Notes under the pieces: model-generated
What the model saw: only the letters and a program-made list of their open reading frames with translations
Told to the model about the DNA's origin: nothing
Databases searched by the model: none
In this document: piece by piece, positions 20,673-29,263 of the stretch
How positions within the stretch are numbered: the first letter of the stretch is position 1
How the letters are laid out: each line of letters opens with the position of its first letter
Origin: Sulfurospirillum sp.
GTDB lineage: Bacteria > Campylobacterota > Campylobacteria > Campylobacterales > Sulfurospirillaceae
Direction of reading: 5' to 3'
NCBI GenBank assembly: GCA_045047115.1
Contig: JASFYR010000010.1
Span: forward strand, 85,457 to 149,456
Length of the DNA: 64,000 nt
Program-made: the position numbers and the translations under genes

Positions 20673-20981
20673 ATGAAATTTAAAGTTCAATTTGTACTTT
20701 TCTTTATGTTTACCGTTTTATCTCTTCTGTTTATACAAGTACTTTGTCTAAATTTAAGAGATAGTCACACAGATGAGAAAATTAGCTTTGTGAAACTCAT
20801 AGGATTGCCTGATTTAGCTATATCAAATGAGACTCATTATGTGAGGCACAGGAGCCTGAGTGATACTTTCTCTATATTTAGTAATTCACCGACACTGAGT
20901 GAAAATTTTCCCTCAACTTTTGTGTATAATTACTCCAATATCCAAAAAAATCTACCATCAAGGATAGAAATTGAAAAATAA
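20673..20981 (+). CDS. Small membrane-anchored hypothetical protein
   Basis: N-terminal TM helix, GLPDLA...RHRSL; overlaps the permease start. Confidence 0.7.
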   Translation: MKFKVQFVLFFMFTVLSLLFIQVLCLNLRDSHTDEKISFVKLIGLPDLAISNETHYVRHRSLSDTFSIFSNSPTLSENFPSTFVYNYSNIQKNLPSRIEIEK

Positions 20982-22158
20982 AATCAATCTTTTTTTATTT
21001 GATTTTTCCATATTGTCTATTTTTAGAAGAGGCAGTAAAAATATATTTATATTTTTTGTTTTTACCTTACTAATTTTTTTACTAAGTTCGATACTGTTCA
21101 TATCAAACTCTATAAAAAGTGAACTAGACACAACACTAGATGCGCTTCCAGATATAACAGTACAGAGACTGCAAGCGGGACGAGCCATAAATACACCGCT
21201 TAGCAGAGTTGATAAGCTCTTAGCGATAGATGGCGTTAAAGCTGTTGTGCCAAGAGTTTGGGGCTACTACTATTTCGCAAATGCAGGTGTAAATTTTTCT
21301 GTGGTTGGCATAGATCAATTTGAGGATCAATATAGAAACCTATACACTAAATTATGTGATAAATTTGATTTTGACAAACTCAAAAGTGACTCTGGTATGC
21401 TTGTCGGAAGTGGTGTCAATAAAATATTGAAGCATAGCTTCTATCAAGGCTACTTTAATTTTATCAAGCCTGATGGAGATTTAACAAAAGTCAAGATAGA
21501 TGGTGTTTTTAAAGGTGATACAAAACTAGAGTCAAACGATGTAATTGTTATGCCAAGCAAGAGGGTTAGGGAGATATTTGGTATGAAAAATGACGAAGCA
21601 GTCGATTTTGTCATAAAGATAGCAAATCCCAAAGAGATACCTAATATCGCAAGAAAGATAACTGAACTCTATCCTGATACAAGGGTCATAACCAAAGAGG
21701 ATCTAAAGATCAGCTACCAAAATCTTTTTAACTACAAAGGTGGTCTCTTTTTGGCTCTATTTGTCATCAGTACTTTTACATTTTTTATGATTATTTACGA
21801 CAAAGCAAGTGGTGTCAGCTCGGATGAAAAAAGAGAGATAGGTATACTCAAAGCTGTCGGTTGGACGATAGATGATATACTCAAGGAGAAATTTTATGAA
21901 GCTTTTATAATCTCTTTTATCTCTTTTATCACAGCACTTTGTCTCTCGATGTTTTATGTTTATTTCCTAAACGCCCCACTCTTGAAAAATATTTTTATCG
22001 GGTATTCCAGCCTGAAACCAGCATTTGATCTCCCTTTTAGCTTTGATTTTCAGACATTTGCTATCATATTTTTCTTAACAGTTCCAATTTATATAGCAGC
22101 AACCATCATACCTTCATGGAGAGTTGCATCAATGGATGCTGACGAGGTAATGAGATGA
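20971..22158 (+). CDS. FtsX/LolE/MacB-type ABC permease
   Basis: KREIGILKAVGW, 4-TM layout with a large periplasmic loop. Confidence 0.9.
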   Translation: MKNKINLFLFDFSILSIFRRGSKNIFIFFVFTLLIFLLSSILFISNSIKSELDTTLDALPDITVQRLQAGRAINTPLSRVDKLLAIDGVKAVVPRVWGYYYFANAGVNFSVVGIDQFEDQYRNLYTKLCDKFDFDKLKSDSGMLVGSGVNKILKHSFYQGYFNFIKPDGDLTKVKIDGVFKGDTKLESNDVIVMPSKRVREIFGMKNDEAVDFVIKIANPKEIPNIARKITELYPDTRVITKEDLKISYQNLFNYKGGLFLALFVISTFTFFMIIYDKASGVSSDEKREIGILKAVGWTIDDILKEKFYEAFIISFISFITALCLSMFYVYFLNAPLLKNIFIGYSSLKPAFDLPFSFDFQTFAIIFFLTVPIYIAATIIPSWRVASMDADEVMR

Positions 22159-22823
22159 TAGAGTTAAAAAATGTAACAAAAGAGTTTAAAGTCGGAGCAA
22201 ATGACAAAGTAATTGCTCTTAAAAATATAAATCTACATGTGAAAAAAGGGGAAATAGTTCTTCTTAAAGGTCCTAGCGGGAGTGGAAAAAGTACGATTTT
22301 ATCGCTCATTGCTGCACTAAACAAGCCAACAAGCGGGGAAGTGATAGTAGATGGAAAAAGAGTTTCAAAATTGGCTGATAATTTTACATCTCTCTTTAGA
22401 CGAGAAAATATAGGCTTTATATTTCAAAGATATAATCTTATACCAACTCTTAGCGCAAAAGAGAATGTGATAGTTCCGCTCATTCCTTCAAATCCTGATT
22501 CACACTGGCTAGACCTTAGAGTAAGAGAACTGTTTGAAAATTTTTCTCTACAATCCAAAATGGAAGTCATAGTTAAAAATCTCTCCGGAGGAGAACAGCA
22601 AAGAGTTGCAATTGCAAGAGCCCTTATCAACAATCCCAGCATCATCATTGCAGATGAACCAACAGCGAATTTGGATAAAAAACTCTCTTTGGAGTTTATA
22701 GAGATTTTAAAAAAGCTAAAAAACGGACGCAACAGTATAATAGTTGCATCTCACGATCCACTATTTTTTGATTTAGACTTTATAGACAGACAGATAGATA
22801 TACACAATGGAGAGATTTTATAA
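22155..22823 (+). CDS. LolD/MacB-type ABC ATPase
   Basis: GPSGSGKS, LSGGEQQRVAIARAL, ADEPTANLD. Confidence 0.93.
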   Translation: MIELKNVTKEFKVGANDKVIALKNINLHVKKGEIVLLKGPSGSGKSTILSLIAALNKPTSGEVIVDGKRVSKLADNFTSLFRRENIGFIFQRYNLIPTLSAKENVIVPLIPSNPDSHWLDLRVRELFENFSLQSKMEVIVKNLSGGEQQRVAIARALINNPSIIIADEPTANLDKKLSLEFIEILKKLKNGRNSIIVASHDPLFFDLDFIDRQIDIHNGEIL

Positions 22824-23785
22824 TGCTCTTGACTCCTGAAATCATTACTATTTTGGCGCTTGATTTTATATTTCTTTTTTTTGGCACAATCGCCTTTTTT
22901 ATCAGCATAAAAATAGTAAGATTTTGGAATCTAAATGCCACAACCAATCTACAGTACAAATTGGAAAAACAGAGTTTTTTAGTAGCTACTATCATAAAGT
23001 ATATATTTATAGTCAAACTGCCTCTTTTTCTGTTTTTTATATTTACAGCTGACAAACTCTCAGACATCATCACAGGTGCCATGTGTGGTGCAGGAGTGGT
23101 AAATTCAGTCAGTTTTGGCTCAACTATGTTCTTTTTTAAGATTTTAAATCTATATATATTTGGTTTTTGGCTTGTTCTAAACCACTTTGATCTTAAAAAT
23201 GAAAATCAACCATACACCAGATACAAATTTTTGCTTTACTCTGTAGGATTTATCTTTCTACTGATTGAGTTATATCTTGATGTTGATTTTTTCTCTTCAT
23301 TGGATGTAAGTAAATTAGTAAGTTGTTGCGGAACACTTTTTTCAGCTACTTCTAGCTCATCTCTATCTTTTATATTTACCGTAAATAAACTCTATTTTGT
23401 CTATATATTTTATGCCATATTTGCACTTTTGCTTATATCGTATATATTTAAAAATGCTTTTATGATTTTGAGTCTTAATGTTATATATATATTTATCTCT
23501 ATCATCTCTTTGATTGTATTTTTTGGAACTTACATCTATCAACTCCCAACTCATCACTGCCCTTTTTGTATGTTGCAAAAAGATTATGATTATATAGGAT
23601 ATGTTGTATATACAACTCTTTATGTCGGTACATTTTATGGCATAAGTGGAGCTATAATGTCATTTTTAGAGAAAAAAACAGAAAAGTTTTACTATAATGT
23701 ATCTATAATATTTAACACCGCTTATGCGCTTATAATAAGTGCATATCCAATTACTTACTATATTAAAAATGGAGCTTGGTTATGA
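22823..23785 (+). CDS. Polytopic membrane protein with Cys/His motifs, unknown function
   Basis: About 8 TM helices; GAMCGAG, SCCG, HHCPFC. Confidence 0.8.
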   Translation: MLLTPEIITILALDFIFLFFGTIAFFISIKIVRFWNLNATTNLQYKLEKQSFLVATIIKYIFIVKLPLFLFFIFTADKLSDIITGAMCGAGVVNSVSFGSTMFFFKILNLYIFGFWLVLNHFDLKNENQPYTRYKFLLYSVGFIFLLIELYLDVDFFSSLDVSKLVSCCGTLFSATSSSSLSFIFTVNKLYFVYIFYAIFALLLISYIFKNAFMILSLNVIYIFISIISLIVFFGTYIYQLPTHHCPFCMLQKDYDYIGYVVYTTLYVGTFYGISGAIMSFLEKKTEKFYYNVSIIFNTAYALIISAYPITYYIKNGAWL

Positions 23786-24291
23786 TTAAAAAAATTGTAC
23801 TTATCGTTTTTCCTGTTCTTGTAATTTTAGGACTCTTCTACTACAAGACACAGAGCGATCAAAAAGCAGAAGATATAAAAAATACTGAAATGATACCTCT
23901 TAAAATAATTCCAAACAAGATGCAAGATCCTCAGTGTCATATGTATCTTTCAACACAAGATTTTGCAGTTGAAGTGATAACCAAAGACTATAAAACACAC
24001 TTCTTCGATGATCCGGGATGCTCAATACTTTGGATGAAAGGCAATAAAATTGATCCTAAAAATGTAAAGATTTGGGCATATACGATGGATACCAAAAAAT
24101 GGATAGATGCAAAAAAAGCATTTTACAGCATAAGTGACTTTGAAACACCTATGCACTATGGGTTTGGCGCACACGAAAAAGATAGAAAAGGATATATTGG
24201 TTTTGACGAAATGAGATTAAGAATGTTAAGAGGTGAAAATATGACAAACCCAAAAATCAGAAGAAAGATACTACAAGAAGAAAAGAAATAA
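23782..24291 (+). CDS. NosL-like membrane-anchored protein
   Basis: DPQCHM, FDDPGC, TPMHYGFGA. Confidence 0.78.
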   Translation: MIKKIVLIVFPVLVILGLFYYKTQSDQKAEDIKNTEMIPLKIIPNKMQDPQCHMYLSTQDFAVEVITKDYKTHFFDDPGCSILWMKGNKIDPKNVKIWAYTMDTKKWIDAKKAFYSISDFETPMHYGFGAHEKDRKGYIGFDEMRLRMLRGENMTNPKIRRKILQEEKK

Positions 24292-24520
24292 AAAAATTCT
24301 AGGCGATAGCCTAAGCTTTAGTAGAGCGTGAATTGATGAGGAATTCACTTCCGTATAAAAAGATAAACAGTAAATTCTAAGCAAAGCCTAAGCTTTAGTG
24401 TTTGCTACTTTAGTCGGAATTCATTTCCGACGCTAAAAGTAGATAAAAATAAAAAAATTCTAGGCGATAGCCTAAGCTTTAGTAGAGCGTGAATTGGCTA
24501 GGAATTCACTTCCTAGCCAA
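24286..24520. repeat. Three ~80-bp REP/BIME-like palindromic units
   Basis: Exact 50-bp direct repeat 24286-24335 = 24447-24496 with a diverged middle copy; each unit has a CTAGGC...GCCTAAG hairpin and a GGAATTCAYTTCC hairpin core. Confidence 0.85.
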
Positions 24521-24548
24521 GATGACAATAAATAAAATAGGAGAAAAA

Positions 24549-25073
24549 ATGAAAAGACCAGAACCGATAGATAAAGAGATTATCTTAGATAACACAAAGT
24601 ATATAGAATCACAAACGGATAAAAAAGGCATCATCATAGAGTGTAATGACTACTTTGCAGAGATTTCAGGCTACTCAAAAGAGGAGCTTCTTGGAGAGCC
24701 TCACAGTATTGTAAGACACCCTGATATGCCAAGAATTGCATTTAAACTTCTTTGGGAGAGAATTCAAAGTGGTCACAATCTCACTGCTGTCATCAAAAAT
24801 CTTGCGAAAGATGGAAGATACTACTGGGTATTTACACATTTTGAAATCATAAGAGACATCAATACTAAAGAGATAAAGGGGTATAGGGCATACAGAAAAG
24901 CAGTCTCTAAGCATATAGCTGATATATTACTACCGCTCTATAAAAAACTTGTTGAAATAGAAAAAGATGACGGTATGGAAGCAAGCGAAAAATACTTAAA
25001 TGAATTTTTAGCCGAAAAGGGCGATGATGTCACTATCGACAACCTAATGGAAGAGATACATAGATTTTATTAG
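24549..25073 (+). CDS. Stand-alone Aer/CetB-like PAS protein
   Basis: SQTDKKGII...NDYF...SGYS...HSIVRHPDMP...KNLAKDGRYYWV; AGGAG SD before ATG 24549. Confidence 0.88.
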   Translation: MKRPEPIDKEIILDNTKYIESQTDKKGIIIECNDYFAEISGYSKEELLGEPHSIVRHPDMPRIAFKLLWERIQSGHNLTAVIKNLAKDGRYYWVFTHFEIIRDINTKEIKGYRAYRKAVSKHIADILLPLYKKLVEIEKDDGMEASEKYLNEFLAEKGDDVTIDNLMEEIHRFY

Positions 25074-25096
25074 CAGAGCAAAAAAGGATATGATTT

Positions 25097-25741
25097 TTGA
25101 AAGATTTACTAAAACAAATTCCTATATTTGAAAGTTTTAGCGATGATGATCTTTCTTATCTTGAAAATATTTCAACAGTAAAAATATTTGAAAAAAACAG
25201 GGTTGTCTTCTTTAAGGGAGATGACTCAAAATATCTTCACATTCTTTTAGAAGGACATATAAAGATATATAAAAACAATATAAAAGGGAATGAGGTTGTA
25301 TTGAAAATTCTCGACACACCCTCTTTGGTCGCCGAATTGGCAAATTTGGAACATATGCCATACCCATCTAGCTGTTCAACACTGATTGATTCAAAAATTT
25401 TATTGGTTGATTTTGAAAAATTTGAAAATCACTTCTTAAATAATACAAAATTTTTATTTATGTTTGTAAAGTCTTTGACAAAAACCATATTGATGCTGGA
25501 AAAAACAATCTCCTTGAATCTTACCCTGGACTCAACATCAAAAGTGGCAAAACACATATATGAAACGTTTCCTAACTCTTGTCATATGAATCACAAAATT
25601 ACAGCTTCTACACTAAATATGACTCCGGAAACTTACTCTAGAATTATAAGAAAGTTCAAAGATGAAAACTTGATAAAAGAAGAAAACGGTGAGTTCACTA
25701 TTTTAAACGGGAGCAAGCTAAGAGAATATTTTGACATATAA
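25097..25741 (+). CDS. Crp/Fnr family regulator (NssR/Dnr-like)
   Basis: HTH MTPETYSRII with the canonical ExxSR recognition helix; no FNR Cys cluster. Confidence 0.9.
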   Translation: MKDLLKQIPIFESFSDDDLSYLENISTVKIFEKNRVVFFKGDDSKYLHILLEGHIKIYKNNIKGNEVVLKILDTPSLVAELANLEHMPYPSSCSTLIDSKILLVDFEKFENHFLNNTKFLFMFVKSLTKTILMLEKTISLNLTLDSTSKVAKHIYETFPNSCHMNHKITASTLNMTPETYSRIIRKFKDENLIKEENGEFTILNGSKLREYFDI

Positions 25742-25783
25742 CTAACCTTACGCACCGGGCACTTAACCCGGTACATACAAAAT

Positions 25784-26398
25784 CTACATTCCCAAAGAAC
25801 CTATCAGAGTAGCTTTTGGGCTCACACCTTTGTCTTGTATAAACAAGAAGTCATTTCCGGGTGCTGCCGCATGGCAAGATATACAACCCACCGGCATACC
25901 TTTTGCAACCTTGCCTGCCAACTTCATACCCTTTGGATTTTTCATAATTATTCCATCCGGAGTATATTTAACCCAAAACCAATCTTTATCATCAGGGTCG
26001 TAACCCGGTCTTTTAGCCATAACTGTTATAGCTTTTAGGTATTTGGATCTATTTAAGGATACACTATCAATGCTAACCCCTTTTCCTCCGTAGTTTCTCT
26101 TTAAAACTATTAGATTGCCATCAATTTTACCCTCTAAAACTTCTCTGACTTTTCCATGTGGAGGACTACCGGTATAGAGCTTCGAAGCTTTAGAGTTAAA
26201 ACCCATCATTTCAAGTTTATTCCAAAGATTTTGTGCATACGACACATCATCCATGCTGCCAAATGGGGGCACCATTTTACCCATCGATTTTTTGTTGGTA
26301 TTTTTGTCGCTATTTGTGCCATAATCACTGCTCATGGCACAACCCGAAATTAGAAGACCGGTGGCACTTAGTGCAACGATAAAATATTTTGTATTCAA
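25784..26398 (-). CDS. Cytochrome P460/c'-beta family lipoprotein
   Basis: Lipobox ISGC, ITVMAKRPGY...DWFWVKY...GCISCH...DFLF; GAGGAG SD supports TTG start at 26398. Confidence 0.8.
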   Translation of the reverse strand: MNTKYFIVALSATGLLISGCAMSSDYGTNSDKNTNKKSMGKMVPPFGSMDDVSYAQNLWNKLEMMGFNSKASKLYTGSPPHGKVREVLEGKIDGNLIVLKRNYGGKGVSIDSVSLNRSKYLKAITVMAKRPGYDPDDKDWFWVKYTPDGIIMKNPKGMKLAGKVAKGMPVGCISCHAAAPGNDFLFIQDKGVSPKATLIGSLGM

Positions 26399-26489
26399 GA
26401 TAAACTCCTCATTTTGTTTTGATAAAAGCATCTTATCTATGCTGCGTGTAATAATTGTTTAGAGTTTATTGATATAATTATTTTATTGA

Positions 26490-26503
26490 TTGACCCATAT
26501 CAA
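26490..26503 (+). promoter_or_regulatory. Nss/Dnr box
   Basis: TTGAC-CCAT-ATCAA, 22 nt before TATAAT (26526). Confidence 0.8.
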
Positions 26504-26557
26504 TAAACTTTTAATAAAAGTAGTGTATAATTCCACAAAAATTAAATAGGAGTCAAT

Positions 26558-26917
26558 ATGTCTGATTTAAAAATCTCAAAACCAGATGATGCAAAAGAGA
26601 TAACAGTCGAAGGTCAAACAGTACCTTTTTTTGAGTATAAGATAGGTGATACTACATATATAGAATTTGACACATCAAGATGTGGTCCACCTGAGCCTAT
26701 GGTAAATGCTATGCTTGCAGTTGGACTTATAAAGGACAAAAACACAAAGGTTATCATGATAAATCACAAAAGTCCTGCCGGATTATTACCAAAAATAAAT
26801 CAAAATTACAATATCCAAGAGGCTACGACAGAAGATGGGAAAGCAAAATTGATTTTTTCATATAAAGAAGGCATGAGCGAAAAAGCTGACCTAAGTGATA
26901 AAAGTTGTGACGGATAA
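26558..26917 (+). CDS. DUF2249/TusA-fold-like protein
   Basis: FDTSRCGPPEPMV...MINHKSP resembles the DxRxLxPPEP...H.P pattern. Confidence 0.6.
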   Translation: MSDLKISKPDDAKEITVEGQTVPFFEYKIGDTTYIEFDTSRCGPPEPMVNAMLAVGLIKDKNTKVIMINHKSPAGLLPKINQNYNIQEATTEDGKAKLIFSYKEGMSEKADLSDKSCDG

Positions 26918-26920
26918 AAA

Positions 26921-28216
26921 ATGGCAAAAAATCTAGCCACAGATATGGCGCCACCATTTATATTGGTGGCACACTATTTTATAGCAGGAGCTGTTTTTTA
27001 TGCAATTACTGCTTTTTTACTACCTTTTTATGCAAATGAAGTAAGCGGATATTTCCTCTCATCTTCTATTGCTACCCTTATGCATCTTTACTTACTCGGT
27101 TTTGTAATGATGGTAATTTTTGGTGCCATGTACCAGCTAGTCCCTGTTGTGCTAGAAATTCCAATCTTTTCAAAAGATTTTGCCTACATACAGTTTTATA
27201 TGTTTGTTGGCGGAATATTGATTTTTACATCCGGTTTAGCAGACGAAAACTTTACTCAAATTTTACCTTATGGCGCAATGCTTATGTATCTTTCTATGCT
27301 TATATTTGTAGCCAATGTATTCTTAACATACAAAAATATAATAAGATGGGATATAGTTGCAAAATTCATATTTGTATCAAATATATTTTTAACCATAGGC
27401 GTAACCATAGGCTTTATAATAGCACTAAATCTCTTATATGGCTTTTACCCTGATATATTAGGCCTTGTACAGATGCACATAGCTACGACTATATTTGGAT
27501 ATGTTATTATGACTATTATGGGAATAGGTATGATTTTGCTACCTATGTTTTCACTCTCGCACGGATTTAATCAAACAGCCATAGAAATGGCGTTTTACAC
27601 CATAATCATAGGTTTGATTCTGTTTTTATTTGGAACTTTTTTTAAATTAGATATACTGAAATTTGGTGGAATCCTGTTTTTAACAGTAGCAATCTTTTTT
27701 GCACTCTACCAAATGTATCTGATATTTTCCACTAGAATAAGAAAGCAAAATGATTTTTGGGCAAAAAATATGATGGCTTCATTTGCTACACTCATCATTT
27801 CATTTTTTATACTTTTAGCAGGGGTAATAACCAAAAATGATACATACTATCTACTTTTTGGATTTACCCTCTTCTTTGGTTTTTTTACCTTTTTTGTAGT
27901 CGGTCATATCTATAAGATACTTCCATTTTTGGTTTGGTATCAAAGATATTCTCCGTTAGTTGGAAAGATAAAAGTACCTATGTTAAACGATATGGTACAT
28001 GAAAAAGTAGCAGATACCCAGTTTTGGATTACACTTACAGGACTATTGCTGGCTATCGGCGCAATTGTCGCAAAAATTCCCTTTGTATTTCAAATAGGAA
28101 CTGTGATAATGGGCATAGGAACTCTTTTGGTGATATACAATATCTATTATACCCTTATATACGGGATAGAAGAATTAGAAAATTATAATAAAGGATTAGA
28201 AAATGGCAGTAACTGA
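26921..28216 (+). CDS. 12-TM membrane protein with heme-copper oxidase subunit I/NnrS-like repeats
   Basis: Repeated H-x4-5-G...G...LP units (HLYLLGF...GAMYQLVP; HIATTIFG...GMILLPMF; GHIYKILPF). Confidence 0.7.
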   Translation: MAKNLATDMAPPFILVAHYFIAGAVFYAITAFLLPFYANEVSGYFLSSSIATLMHLYLLGFVMMVIFGAMYQLVPVVLEIPIFSKDFAYIQFYMFVGGILIFTSGLADENFTQILPYGAMLMYLSMLIFVANVFLTYKNIIRWDIVAKFIFVSNIFLTIGVTIGFIIALNLLYGFYPDILGLVQMHIATTIFGYVIMTIMGIGMILLPMFSLSHGFNQTAIEMAFYTIIIGLILFLFGTFFKLDILKFGGILFLTVAIFFALYQMYLIFSTRIRKQNDFWAKNMMASFATLIISFFILLAGVITKNDTYYLLFGFTLFFGFFTFFVVGHIYKILPFLVWYQRYSPLVGKIKVPMLNDMVHEKVADTQFWITLTGLLLAIGAIVAKIPFVFQIGTVIMGIGTLLVIYNIYYTLIYGIEELENYNKGLENGSN

Positions 28217-28505
28217 GGAAATGGTATATGATGCTATAAAAACAGTAATAGACCCTGAGGTTGGATTTGACATCTACTCTTTGGGCTTAATTTATGGAGC
28301 AAAAGTTGAAGGAGACCATGTGCATGTAACCATGACCCTCTCAACCAGAGGTTGTCCTTTGCATGAGATGATGAAACAGTGGACAAAAGAAGCTGTGGAA
28401 AAAATCGATGGTATAAACAGTTGTGAAGTCGAGATAGTATGGGAGCCGGCGTGGAATGTCACTATGGCAAGTGATGAAGTTAAAAAAGCATTGGGAGCAT
28501 TCTGA
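28203..28505 (+). CDS. DUF59 (SufT/PaaD-like) Fe-S assembly factor
   Basis: VIDPEVG...LGLIY...TLSTRGCP...VWEPAW. Confidence 0.92.
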   Translation: MAVTEEMVYDAIKTVIDPEVGFDIYSLGLIYGAKVEGDHVHVTMTLSTRGCPLHEMMKQWTKEAVEKIDGINSCEVEIVWEPAWNVTMASDEVKKALGAF

Positions 28506-29107
28506 TGGCATTTCCAAAATTTTTCGATAAAGTTCCGGGAATTACAACATTTGACCCCTTGGCTCTGATTCTTGGAACAGTAGAAGACGGTATCATAAAA
28601 TTCAGATACACCCAAATAGTAAAATCAGCAGGACACAGTTGTCCAACAGTTGCAGGCGCATATCTTATGACACTAAAAGCTCTTGATGCTCTCTATCCCG
28701 ATACTCCAGCTGTTAGAGGAGATATAAAAGTTGAATTCAAAGAGGATATAGAGGATGGAGTTGCCGGTGTCATAGCAAATGTAATCTCAAACATAACGGG
28801 AGCTACAGATAAAAGTGGTTTTAAAGGATTGAACGGAAATTTTACAAGACACTCTTTGATGAAATTCAACTCAGATATAAGCGCAAGCGCAAGATTTACT
28901 AGAACTGATACAGGAAAAAGTGTAGATGTATTCTACAATCCCGGAATAATTCCTCCTCATCCTAAAATGAAAGAGTTAATGGGGTTAGTTATCACACAAA
29001 ATGCAACAGACGATCAAGTAAAAGAGTTTGGTAAACTTTGGCAAGACAGAGTCAAAAGAATACTAATAGATAATCTAAATAATGAAGAGATGATAAATAT
29101 AATATAA
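28505..29107 (+). CDS. FmdE-family protein
   Basis: GHSCPTVAGAYLM. Confidence 0.75.
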   Translation: MAFPKFFDKVPGITTFDPLALILGTVEDGIIKFRYTQIVKSAGHSCPTVAGAYLMTLKALDALYPDTPAVRGDIKVEFKEDIEDGVAGVIANVISNITGATDKSGFKGLNGNFTRHSLMKFNSDISASARFTRTDTGKSVDVFYNPGIIPPHPKMKELMGLVITQNATDDQVKEFGKLWQDRVKRILIDNLNNEEMINII

Positions 29108-29109
29108 AT

Positions 29110-29123
29110 TTGACTTATGTCAA
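29110..29123 (+). promoter_or_regulatory. Nss/Dnr box upstream of nirS
   Basis: TTGAC-TTAT-GTCAA, 22 nt before extended -10 TGnTACACT. Confidence 0.85.
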
Positions 29124-29263
29124 TAATTTTTTTTACAAATTGTGTTACACTTTGAAAGGTTTTAAAAATCTAGGGTAGATTTTTAAATAATTTTATATAT
29201 CAGATATATGATTATAGTTGTATAAATATGTATCTGATATTATCTTTCAAGGAGGAACAATAC

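Noticed and set aside
24286..24520. Possible mini CRISPR array
   Set aside because: The intervening segments are themselves related hairpins rather than unique spacers; only three units; no cas genes in the window
24489..24548. ORF-track N-terminal extension of the PAS protein
   Set aside because: Lies within the repeat; the SD supports ATG 24549
26921..28216. A third functional terminal oxidase or NOR
   Set aside because: Lacks the HH and HxH binuclear-centre motifs; only fold-level similarity
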